Below, in pieces: positions 35,551-46,486 of a stretch of 64,000 nt of DNA. Positions within the stretch are counted from its first letter, which is position 1, and every line of letters starts with the position of its first letter. The notes beneath the pieces are model-generated. The model had not been told where the DNA came from, made no database searches, and saw nothing but the letters and a program-made list of their open reading frames with translations. The position numbers were made by a program, and so were the translations under genes. This DNA comes from Plasmodiophora brassicae. Taxonomy: Eukaryota. The DNA lies in the NCBI GenBank assembly GCA_036867785.1, contig CP145419.1, positions 1,054,001 to 1,118,000 on the forward strand. Direction: 5' to 3'.

Positions 35551-37602
35551 ATGGTGTTGCTTCTTAGTACATGCGTGCTCAGAAACAACGGCTGCCTATC
35601 GGTTCTACTTAACCGCGACATGATCGGAAACGGGTACGTCAGGGTACGGGTGGGCACTGACCTCGAAGATGGCTTCGAAGGCATGTCGTCGACCCAGGTC
35701 GGCCCTGGTGTGGACGGAGGCCAGATGCAGGAACGTCAACGGCGAGGACATCGTGCGGCCGTTGACAAGTCGGAACGTGGATGACCAGTTCCTGCAGGAC
35801 TGGACCGGGTTGTCCACCAGCCGGTCGTGCAGAACTCTGGACCGTCCGCCCAGCCTTAACGTCGCCGACGATCGGCCTCTGCCACGATCACGAAGCGCGC
35901 ACCCGCTGACGACCCGCGACGTGTTCGAGACCCCTGACGAGCCGATCGTGGCTACGAAGAACACGCAGCGGATCGCCTCCGCAATCATCGCCAAACGCCT
36001 CAACGATCTTCGCGATGATCCCAGCGCTCTCCACGAACTCCACCGGCGAATCGGTAGGGCGTCGGGCGGCCACCTGGTTTCGGATGGGCAGAATCGTGAC
36101 GACGACCTGTGCAGTGGCAACCCGAAAGAAACGACAGCGAGCGCTGTTCAGGGACGGCGTCTTCCGCGAGCACGTTGACGAAAACAAGCGGAACCTGTCC
36201 CAACAGAACCTTCTCCTGAAGCGCCAGCAGGTTACCAGCTTGCTCTATCGGACGGCAAACACGCGCCTAACCGCGTCGGTGAAGGTCGCGAAGAAGATGC
36301 ACGAGGTCAGGGACAGGGTTCGGGCGCGTCGTCAGCTGCTGGCGATTCAGCGGCAGCAGCTGGACGCGTTGTTGACCACGAACGCGGACAGGCAGCTGTC
36401 CGTCGAGCAGGTCCACCAGATGGTCGCCCTCCGCCTGGCGTGGACCAGGAAACGCTGGCTGGCGATCGCCGGCGCCGTTTCCAGCGCACACGCGTTCGCC
36501 ACGATCTTCCACGCCCGCAGGCAGATTCACCTGGCACGTCTCGTCGCCACCAGAGCCGCCGTCACCATCCAGGTCGGTCGAGTACTTCGTGTGCGCCCAG
36601 GCCCGCCATTGCTGATGCGGCCGTCCACAGGTGGCCTACCGGAAATGGGTGACCAGGCGCGCCCTGATCCAATCGGAGCGCGCGCGTTGCGGCTTTAAAC
36701 GGTGATGACCGCGACCGCCACTGGACAACCGCAAACGAACCCAATTGCCCTCCCCGCTCAGGCTGATCTGTCGGTACGCGGCACGGAACCGCATCCGCCG
36801 GCGCGTGAAAGCGACCGTCACGCTGGTGACGTTCCTGCGATCGTTACGGGCGACCCGGGTGCCCCTCGTGGCTCTTCGCCTGGCGAACGTCACCGGGTGC
36901 GCAGGTACGCGCCGCCCACACCACCGACGAGGCGGCCGGGGCGCCACTGATTGCTCGGGGCGACACACAGTTCGGATTCAACGCTGGTGGCGGCAGACGG
37001 TCCAGCCGCATCGTCGCGCGCTTCGAAAGGCCTGGCGACGGCAGTGGGCGGTCGCAGAGGCCAGGCTGATGCCGCAGTTGCAACGCGCCTGGCACCGCGT
37101 CCAGCAGCAACGTTGTCGGCGCCCGCCAAAGGTCGCGGCCACGAACGCACAGCCGGACGACGTCGTCGTCGCGGTGGCCGTTCCGCCCCAGGCGGCCCCT
37201 GTGGCGCTGCCCAGCGGCATCGGCGATCGACTGCTACATTTGCGCAGGCTGATGAGCGCGCCCAGCTTACTGGAGACGCGCATCGGACGCCCGGTGTCGG
37301 GTCGCTCGCCGACAGGGCGCCTGCGTCGCGTCATGGAGATGGAGGAGGCGGCGCGTGCCCTGCAGGCACAGCAGGCGCAACGACGCCGACGACAGCGGGA
37401 TCGCGATGCCGGCGCCGTACCGTTCCAGTCGATCCCGGTCGAGGAGGCCGACCGGATCATGCACGAGCACCGGCGCAAGCGGCACCGCCGTCGGCACCTG
37501 TTCGACGACGACGTCCTCGACAGCCTCGTCGCGAACGCCTACGTGACATGGAGCCGTGAAGCGACGTCGCGCCGAACGGTCAATACGGTATTGGTTAATT
37601 AG
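35551..37602 (+). CDS. Basic coiled-coil protein with IQ-like motifs, multi-exon; start uncertain
   Basis: 'AAVTIQ|VAYRKW' and 'VRIQRWWR'; successive ORF blocks are separated by GT-AG introns. Confidence 0.5.
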
Positions 37603-37625
37603 AACACTGAGGCACGCCCCTGGGG

Positions 37626-39060
37626 TCACAGAGCGAGGATGATTAGCGTTATGTCGTCGATGACCTCCTCGACCTGAACAACAACAAGTGAGATGCGCAC
37701 CAGCAATCGTTGCAGGCGCGTCCGTGCCTCCTGCCATCTCTTCGTGGCGTCCGCGACGATGTCGCTGGCCGCCTTCTCGAAGTCGCCCTGGTGCCGGCTG
37801 ACGACGTCGGCCACGTGCTGGTTGGGCAGGAACTCCCAGACGCCGTCGGATGCGAGCACCAGGTACCGGTCCACTGGTGTCACCGGGTGCACCCGCATCT
37901 CGGGTATCGAGATGACGCCGACCGTGTGGCTGACGTCGTCGCCGATCGACCTGGACATGGCCAGCCCCGGGACATCGATCTCGGCCAGCCAGACGCGCGA
38001 CGGGCCCATGTCCTCGTTGGGCGGCCCGGGCAGCGGTTCCACGCGTCCGCCGGCGGCCAGGATCCGCTTCTTCTCATCGGGGTCGTCCGGTTTCTGATCC
38101 CGGCTCAGCTGCAGCGCCACGAGGCTGTGCTCGCCCTCGCCGCCCTGCTGCAGGACAATGCACCGGGAATCGCCAATGTTCCCAATGAACAGTTGCTGGT
38201 CGATCGCGACCGCGAACACCATCGTCGTCCCCGAGAACGACACGTTGATGTTGGCCTCAGCCAGCGCCGCACACAACCGGTCGATCGCATGCGGTATGCT
38301 CTGCAACGGATTCGTCTGTGCACACAGCAGCAGCAACGTCAGCGAAGGCGGGGTCCCGGTGCCAGAGTCGGGCGGACCTTCAGCGCCTCCTCGGCGGACA
38401 GGTACTCGACGATGTGGTCCCTGACGAACGCGCTGACGTGATGGCCGAACTCGCCATGGCCGTCGCAGACGCCGTACACGTTGACGCCGTCGACCAAGTT
38501 CTCGACGACGAAATACGAGTCCTGGTTCGCCTTCTTCCGATTGTACGGAACGTAGCCCTGTCGCAGAGGACGCGTTCAGCGCAGGCTGCCAGCGCCAAAT
38601 CGAACGCCAGCGAGAACCTTCTTCGACAGAGCCACCCATTTCCGCTCCGACGACGCCAGCAACGGGTCGAGCGCCGCGTTGGCGCGGTCGTCGGACTCGG
38701 CGGGCAACGACGCGCCCAGCGACATCCTGCACGGGAACAGCACGTCAGCGGCGCCCGTCGCCGTCGCACGTCGAATGTACCTGCGCATCTTGCCGTCGCT
38801 CGGGTTGATCCGTTTCCCATCAACGTCGCCGACGAGGAGCGGCGCCACCGACAGCCTCCGTCGCTGCGTCGACGCCGTCTCGATCTGCCAACCCCGTCAA
38901 CGAACGAGGAACTGGCAGCCGAGCGCCGCGCGCGCCCCCTCCGCACCTTGGCGTCATCGTCCTGCTCCACCGGAATGCCATCGATGGGCGGCCCCGACCT
39001 CCCCGCCCCGTTCCCGCCTTCGTCGACGGCACGACGAGCCGACGACGACACGCATCCCAT
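37626..39060 (-). CDS. PP2C (PPM) protein phosphatase with N-terminal MGC acylation motif, multi-exon
   Basis: 'KANQDSY', 'VYGVCDGHGEFGH', 'SGTT', 'GNIGDSR', 'DQKPDDPDEKKRI', 'GLAMSRSIGD', 'LASDGVWE', 'DDITLI'. Confidence 0.95.
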
Positions 39061-39431
39061 CGAGGGACGTCGAAGCGGGCTGCTGTCGAGTTGTCGTCGT
39101 CGTCGCTTGCCTCCTCCCGCGCAGCCCGGAACCGCCTGATTCGGACGGGCACCTGTCCGTCACGAACCGCGCGCCCCCTGCCGCCGCCGGTTGTGGATGT
39201 GCCGAGGCCCTCCCCCAAAAAATTCGCCGACAACGCGGTCGGACGGCGGCGCTGGCGGACGGCAGGCGCCCCGACGCTGACTGACTGCCGAGGCGACCGA
39301 CGCGACCTGCGGGTTACAGGCCGTCGAGCGATCGCAGACTGAACCGCTGTATGATTGTACCATCGCCCCCTGCCCATTTCTGATTGGGGGCGACGCCGTG
39401 GCGGTGCTGCGTGGTAATAGTCACTGGGAAG

Positions 39432-39466
39432 TCCGCGGCGGAGTCCGTGGCGGACTCAGGTGGCGA
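39432..39466 (+). promoter_or_regulatory. Tandem 12-bp motif TCCGYGGCGGAS directly upstream of MRD1
   Basis: TCCGCGGCGGAG-TCCGTGGCGGAC-TCAGGTGGCG precedes the ATG at 39470. The same unit occurs upstream of SLX9. Confidence 0.5.
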
Positions 39467-39469
39467 ACG

Positions 39470-42355
39470 ATGGGCAAGGAGGCACGTGCACCCGCGCGAT
39501 CGTCACGGTTGTGCATCAAGAACCTGCCGAAGCACATCACCGAGGCCCGTTTCAGGGAAGTATTCGCAGCGCACGGCGACGTCACCGATGCGAAAATCGT
39601 TTCCACGAAGTATGGCGCCTCTGGTGCGGTAGACTGCAGTCGAATAACGCGTCCATGCTCTACAGGAGCGGGCATTCTCGCCGGATGGGGTTCATTGGGT
39701 ACCGAACTGTTCAGGAAGCCGCCAAAGCTCGGTCAGTCACCAAAAACACCGGTTCTGTTTGGCACTGCCCCTGATGGTGGGTTACATAGGGGCTATTTCG
39801 ATCAGACGTTTATCGACACGTCTCGCATTACGGTGGAGTTTGCCCTGGCTGTTGGCGACAATCGCCTTTCGCGTCCATGGAGCCAACACTCGAAAGGCAG
39901 TTCCCGACACGAGAAGAAGCATCCGGAGCTGTACGAGAGGAAGCCTGAAAACGAGCCAGTCTGACGTTGCTACTGATACGGTCATTCGCTGGCTAACGTG
40001 TATGCAGCAGGGACAGCAGACGGAGAAGGTCGTGCCGGAATGGAAAGCCAAGCTGGATGCGCTCGAGAACAATCCCAAGTTCCAGGAATTCATCAGCGTC
40101 ATGAAGCCTCGTAACAAGAGCAACTTCTGGGACAACGACACCGTTGAAGTCGTCTCCAGCAAGAAGCGGTGTGTTCGGTTTCGGGTCAAGCTAGCAAATC
40201 ACCGACGCAAACTGACCTTGCTGTGTCAGGGGTGGAGACGGCGTTTATGTCGAGAAAGTGCATCGCCGATTCGACGAAGGCGACAGTGCTGCACCATCTT
40301 CCGAACCCGTTGTGCAGCCCGAACCTGAATCGGATTCCGACACGGACGACGAAGCGTTCAACAATCCCGGCCTCGATGACGATGACGTTATGGACGCCAA
40401 ACCTGCCCCCGATGCACCGTCTTCCGACTCGGACGACGATCTCGAACCCATCGATGATGACGAAGACGAAAGTGAAGAGGATGCTGACGAGGGCGTCGGC
40501 GAGACGGGCACCGCGAACGATCAGGAAGCCGTCCCACCTCCTGTCTGCGATTCCGCGCGATTGTTCGTGAGGAACCTGTGCTTTTCCGTTACCGAGGATG
40601 AACTCGCCGAGCTGTTTCGCCCGTACGGGCAGGTCACCGAGGTCAACGTTCCTGTTGACGACCTCGGCCGCAGCAAAGGTACCGATCCAACGCAGTCGAA
40701 CCCGTCTCTCACGTCGTCTGATGTATCGTTGCAGGGTTCGCCCAAGTTCAGTTTGCCAACGGTGTTGCTGCCGTCCGTGCTCTGGAAGCATGCGATGGAC
40801 GAGTGTTCCAGGGGCGTCTGATGCATGTGATGCCCGCGTTCCCGCGCCCCGAACCGAAGGAGTCGCAGACGACCGCCGGTGCCCGTCCGGCTCGCCACAA
40901 GGACAAAGTCGCCGCGTCGCGCAAGGCGAACGCCAACGACAAACGCGCGTGGAATTCGCTGTTCGTTCGGTCGGACACGGTAGCCAGTGCCACTGCCTCA
41001 TCTCTCAACGTCGACAAGTCGGCGCTGTTCGACGCCGACGCGAAGAACGGTAATCCGGTTCGGGCGAACACCTTTCCGCCCTGAATCTAACGCCGCGTCT
41101 AGTGGCGGTTACGCTTGCGCTTGCGGAGACGTCCGTCATCGCTGACACGAAGGCGTGGCTGGCTGGCCACGCCGCCGTGAACGTTTCCGTGTTCGAGGGC
41201 GAGCGCGATCCGAACGCGCCGCGGTCGGAGACGACGATCTTGGTGAAGAACATCCCGTTCGACTGCGAAGAGCAGGACATCAACGCGCTGTTCGCACCGT
41301 ACGTGAGAACCCAACAGCACGTATTGCAACCGATTTCTAAACCGGCCGAACAGGTTCGGGAACCTGGCCCGGTGCGTCCTGCCGCCGTCTCGCGCGTTCG
41401 CGATCGTGGAATTCGTGGCACGTCCGGCAGCGCGACGCGCGTTCTCGTCGCTGGCGTATAGCAAGTTCCGTCACGTGCCGCTGTACCTCGAATGGGCACC
41501 TCGCGACATCTGGTCGGATGCGGCGCCCGCACCCGTTGCCGCCGTGGAAGTGGAACCTCCCGTCGCCCTCGTCGACGACGTCGATGAGCCATCGCCGTCT
41601 TTGACGCTGTTCATCAAGAACATCAACTTCGCCACGACTGAAGATTCGCTGCGTTCCGTCTTCTGCACAAAGAACGGGTTACTGGGCGCGTTGTGCACGC
41701 GGGGTCACCTGGTACTGAGCTGTGCTTGCGTGCAGAACGTCTGTCAGGAGCGTGGTCATTGCAAGGCACACGGACGCGAAGCGGAAGGGCCTGTCGCGCG
41801 GGTACGGGTTCGTGGAGTTTGCGACCCGGGAGGCGGCGATGGACGCGCTGAAGACGAAGCAGGGCGTGCAGGTCGATGGGCACGCGTTACAGCTTTCCAT
41901 GTCGTCGTCCTTCGCAGCGCAAGAAGGTCGCGGTCAATCAGCGAAACGATCGCGACGCGATGGCGACCTGTCGAACACGAAGCTGCTGGTGAAGAACGTG
42001 CCGTTCGAGGCGAACATCAAGGAGCTTCGCGACCTGTTCTCGTCGTTCGGCCGCGTGAAATCCTGCCGAATCCCCAGCAAGTTCGGTGGCGGGCACCGAG
42101 GGTACGTTCCTTGTGTTCCCTGTCAGGTGGTGGGCCTGGGCGCTAACGCCTTCCAGGTTCGCGTTCGTCGAGTTCTGCTCAGCAGGCGAGGCGCAGGCAG
42201 CGAAAGCGTCGCTGGAGGCGACCCATTTCTACGGGCGCCATCTCGTCCTCGAGTGGGCGTCCAGGAACGAATCGATCGACGAGCTGCGACAGAAAGCCGC
42301 CGAATCGGGGGCGGCACCCGCCCAGAAACAACGGCGAACCCACAGCCCCGAATAA
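39470..42355 (+). CDS. MRD1: Multiple-RRM pre-rRNA processing protein MRD1/RBM19, multi-exon
   Basis: 'SSRLCIKNLPK', 'YFDQTFIDTSRITVEFA', 'RPWSQHSKGS', 'RLFVRNL', 'AWNSLFVRSD', 'TTILVKNIP', 'PLYLEWAP', 'TKLLVKNVPFEA', 'HFYGRHLVLEWA'. Confidence 0.95.
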
Positions 42356-42618
42356 AGCCAGCATATAATCCATCTGTGCCAGACGAAGGTTCGCATGGCA
42401 CGTCTCGGAACATTCCCAGTGTGGCATTGGAAGGGCGGCTCCGTCGGGTCGGGCCGCAAAAATAATCGGCCCGCGAAAAAATATTCGGGCCGCGGGTCGG
42501 AGGGCACCTGCGGACGACGTACGTCGTTTGCCGGGCGCCGACGGCAAAAAAATCTGTGCGCTCGGTCAGGGGTGCCGAGTGAGCGGCCGACTGTGCCACT
42601 GGTCATAACAGAAAACCG

Positions 42619-44277
42619 ATGGTGGGGTACGGAGTGGTTGTCGTCGGCGGCAGCGCCGTCCCGGACGGCCACCGGGTGCAGGACCTGCGCGCGAGCTTCG
42701 AGGCCAGGCCGAAGGACGGTGCGGGGGCGGACCCGCGCCCGACCCGCAAGTCGACGACCGCGCATGTCAGCGACGTGCGCGCCCGCTTCGAATCGACGTC
42801 GCCGACGCCGACCTCGCGCGCGCGCGTACCGACCCCGGTCCTCCCGACGGGTCGCGTCGGTGCGATCCGGGACGCGTTCGAATCGTCGGCGTCACCGACC
42901 CGCGAACGAGCCAAGACTGGGTCCAGTGTCGATATGCTTGAGGAGAAGAACGGCCACGGGAAGGCGACCGAAGAAGGCGATGTCGGCGTTAGGGGCAGGA
43001 CGATGTCGATTGACGCGGCCCGTGCCGTGTACGAACATGGCGAGACGGAGTCGCCGACGCAGGGCTCCCCCGAACCTGTGCCAATCCCGGAACTTCCAGC
43101 AGGCCGCGTCGGTTCCATTCGCGGCGCCTTCGAATCCCACGAGGTGGAGAAGAAGCACCACGATGACGAAGGCGCCCGAGAGCCAGCGCTCGATCTGAGG
43201 ACCAGGACGTTGTCCGTCGACGACGCCCGTGCTGTGTACGAGCAAGGAGAGGAGGCGGCGACCCCGGAGTCGCCGGCACCGGTGCCGGTCGCGGACCTCC
43301 CATCAGGTCGTGTCGGGTCACTTCGTGGCACGTTCGAATCATCGGTATCGTCCCATTCGCCAGACGAAGACCATGAGATGAGGAAGGGAGGGCGTGAACT
43401 CGAAGCGAGAGCCAGGAGGTCGTCAGTCGACGCCGTCCGCGCCGTTTATGAGCGTGGCGACACTGGGCCTGCGACGAAGGCGGTACCGGCCTCGGCGTCA
43501 ACCGAGCAAGGACCGGCCCACGTTCTGCCAGCTGGTACGGTCAACGCGTTGCGCGACACCTTCGAATCGTCTGCCTCATCGTCATCGCTAGAACTCGGCA
43601 AGGTTGACCATATCGATTCCGGCGCGAAGGGCACTGAGAAAGACGTCGAGGAGAGCGCCGACAAGGAGAACGGTGATAGCGAGTATGAGGATGCGGTCGA
43701 GGACGGCATCCAGGGGCCAGTTGTTGGTCAGGGTGTCTTCCCAGAGAAGGATCCGCCGACTGGGGCATCGCCCGAGCAACCGCCTGTTCCGTTGCTCCCG
43801 GACGGCCTGCTTCGCGAGCTGCGTGAATCGTTCGATGCGTCCGCGTCTCCTTCGGTTGAACTCGCCCAGGTCGACGTGGCCAAACTGGCGGACGACAACG
43901 AAGGCGCCGAGAAGCAACTGTGCGAAGGCCTGCCGGTTGAAGAAGGCTATCAGGAGCTGGAGCCCGAGAAGTCGTCGAAGGGAACCCGATCGGTTGTTGA
44001 TGACACGGGCGAGACGGTTGCTCTTGAGACGTTCGAGTCGGTGAACCTGAAGGACGTTGGAGAGGAAGGCGCTCAGAAGGGACAGATTGAGATGGCGCCC
44101 GTCGACACCGCGGTCATTGCCAAAGGCCAAGGCGTGGGCGAGCAGAACGAGGACAGTGCCCATGCGCCGAGTGTCGAAGGGCCGCCCGAGCTTCTCATCC
44201 GGGAACCGTCGCCATCGCCGCCCAGAAAGAAGCGATCGTGGCTATCCCGCCTGTTCTCCTGCGTGGGCACTGATTAA
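42619..44277 (+). CDS. Intronless acidic disordered protein with ~10 'V..lR..FE / ..ARAVYE' repeats and a C-terminal basic amphipathic Cys motif
   Basis: 552-aa ORF. Repeats include RVQDLRASFE, HVSDVRARFES, RVGAIRDAFES, RVGSIRGAFES, RVGSLRGTFES, TVNALRDTFES, SIDAARAVYE, SVDDARAVYE. Ends 'KKRSWLSRLFSCVGTD'. Confidence 0.8.
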   Translation: MVGYGVVVVGGSAVPDGHRVQDLRASFEARPKDGAGADPRPTRKSTTAHVSDVRARFESTSPTPTSRARVPTPVLPTGRVGAIRDAFESSASPTRERAKTGSSVDMLEEKNGHGKATEEGDVGVRGRTMSIDAARAVYEHGETESPTQGSPEPVPIPELPAGRVGSIRGAFESHEVEKKHHDDEGAREPALDLRTRTLSVDDARAVYEQGEEAATPESPAPVPVADLPSGRVGSLRGTFESSVSSHSPDEDHEMRKGGRELEARARRSSVDAVRAVYERGDTGPATKAVPASASTEQGPAHVLPAGTVNALRDTFESSASSSSLELGKVDHIDSGAKGTEKDVEESADKENGDSEYEDAVEDGIQGPVVGQGVFPEKDPPTGASPEQPPVPLLPDGLLRELRESFDASASPSVELAQVDVAKLADDNEGAEKQLCEGLPVEEGYQELEPEKSSKGTRSVVDDTGETVALETFESVNLKDVGEEGAQKGQIEMAPVDTAVIAKGQGVGEQNEDSAHAPSVEGPPELLIREPSPSPPRKKRSWLSRLFSCVGTD

Positions 44278-44360
44278 GCGTTCGAGTCTGCCTATCCAGT
44301 AATATACGGGACCGGGCACACAGTGTCGTTAACGGCGGGCGCGGTTGTGTTTTCATTTTC

Positions 44361-44780
44361 CTATAGGAACCAGCTGGCATAGGAGGACACGATGGCGAGG
44401 ACGACAGTGATGTCCCAGGTGACGGACACGAACGTCATCGACCAGAGGTGGTTTTCGATGGCGCTCTCGGGGTCGTGGTCCTTGAGAAACATCCAGACCA
44501 GGTACAGGAAGCTGCAGGCGTAGAACGCGGCCCAGAACATCTCGGACGCGAACCCGAAGTACGCGATGGCGATGGACGGCTTGTGCATGTGCAGCAACGA
44601 CAGGGCGTACAGGATCAACGGGACGTGCCATTGCAGGAGGATGCAGAGCGCACAGTCGACCCAGGCGCCGGACTCCTTCGCGTCGCAGTCATCCTCGACG
44701 ACCCCTTCCTCCAGGTTGGCCGCCTCATTGCCCAGCAGCCTCGTCGACGCGTCGATCTCGTCGCCAGACAGCACCAGCAT
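44361..44780 (-). CDS. Small multi-pass membrane protein of unknown function
   Basis: GC3-rich ORF with about 3 hydrophobic segments. Confidence 0.6.
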   Translation of the reverse strand: MLVLSGDEIDASTRLLGNEAANLEEGVVEDDCDAKESGAWVDCALCILLQWHVPLILYALSLLHMHKPSIAIAYFGFASEMFWAAFYACSFLYLVWMFLKDHDPESAIENHLWSMTFVSVTWDITVVLAIVSSYASWFL

Positions 44781-45098
44781 CGTGTTTCGAACTGGCCGCA
44801 CGCGGTCGGCCGATTGCCCAGCGGGTCACCCCACGAGGGCACGCGCCGCATCAGCAGCGTCACGCGTTCTCCGGAGCTGCACCTGCACGCACTGGGCGGC
44901 ACGGCACGTCCATCCAACCTCCCCCACTTCGCTGATCCGCTCCAGCGCCCCCCAAAAACATGAACGACATCGTTGCCGCACCACCGGGCCGGCCCCGTTT
45001 TATTGTTGCGATTGCTGACGCGGTGACGTCGCCGCTGACGCGTCGCCCGTCGGCAAGGTCGGCGTCATTTGTGTTTTGGGTCGTCGGGTTCGACGACG

Positions 45099-45964
45099 AT
45101 GGCATTGACGTGCCTGGCGTCGTTCCGGCAGTCGCCGACGGAGGCGCTCGGCGCGCTGGATGAACTGATGGCGCAGCAGCTGGCGTTCGCGCTCGATGCT
45201 GTCACGGACGACGTCGCCGACGTTGACGCTGCCGTCGACCGCCTTGAGCAATGCCGGGCGACGCTGGACGGGCTCGCGTGCGACGCGAACGTGAACGTTG
45301 TTCTCATCGGGCAACGCGACCACCAGGAGTATAGCGAGTTGGCGGAACTGGTCAGCAACTTCCGTGGGTTCGTGATCGAGCATGATTCCGACGTTATGAC
45401 CCATAGGCGATTGCCCAAGAAGTGGCGTTATGCGCGAGCCAGCAGAACGTGCGCGAAACGGTCAGGGAGGTTGGCGATTCCCTCGCTGATATTGGTGACC
45501 GAATTCGTGTCGCCCGCGACACCGTCCGCAACATCGCATCGCTGCAACTGGACCAAATGCCATCGCCAGTTGGATATGACCTGACGACGCTACTCGACAA
45601 GGAGCGTGCTGCGAAGGAGCGATTCGCGTCCGTGCAGTCTCAGGACGCGGCGATATCGTCGAGCATTACTGCTGTCCAGCGGCTTCGTGCTTTGCTGGCG
45701 GTTGGATATGATGCCGCCCAGCTGGGGCAGATGGCGGACCTCATTGGCAAGATGGGGCACCTGCCGTCGGCGGGCGATGAATCATGCGGTCCACTGCCCA
45801 AGTCGATGTCGGATGATACGCGTCGCATGCTGACGCTTGTGAACGGCCTGGCCGCAGATCGCATCCTGCTCGCGAAACTCGACGTGTTCCTGGCCAAGGT
45901 CACGGGCGCTGCTCAGGCCGTTCAGCTTCGCATTGTTGAGCTTGTGTCACGACACTGGAGATAA
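45099..45964 (+). CDS. Hypothetical helical/coiled-coil protein (2 exons)
   Basis: A GT-AG intron joins 'ELAEL|AIAQEVALCASQQ' in frame. Confidence 0.6.
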
Positions 45965-46486
45965 GCAGTACAACGCGCGCATTGTGGATTGCCTGGGGCA
46001 CCTCCGGGACATTACCCACGTTGGCGCTTCATCGCCCGCCGCCTGGCATACGATGACAAGTATGTAAGTGCTTCGTGGAACGGTTTCTATCTAATCGAGC
46101 TCTGACCTCGCGTTTGGATCCCAGTTGTGTTGATGCCCGAGGTGGACCCTGTCCGGCGGGGATGGATGGGAACGGCCGACAGGGTTGCGTCATCTGATAT
46201 GCTCTGGCAACAGTCGTCGTCGTCGTCGTCGTCCAGAGTTGCCTTTCTAACGCGCACGCTTTCATCGTCGACGACTTCGGGCCACAAGGCGGCGTGGTGT
46301 CGGTTACGAGTCGCCCTGCCTGAATCGTGATTATTTTCCACGAGCGATTCCATCAGGGGTATCATGGTTCTTTCGGTACTGCGCAGGACAGCGAACGTTC
46401 TATTCCTGGTCAGTCGCGAACGCCCGACCCGGCGACTGCGCGTTGTAAACTGCGGGCTGCCGCCGTCTGCTGCTGATTTGCTGCCA

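Noticed and set aside
1-46250. Numerous (GAC)n/(GTC)n and (CAG)n runs and the long Arg-rich ORFs in the track
   Set aside because: These are ordinary microsatellites and shadow ORFs of GC-rich DNA, opposite or out of frame to real spliced genes.
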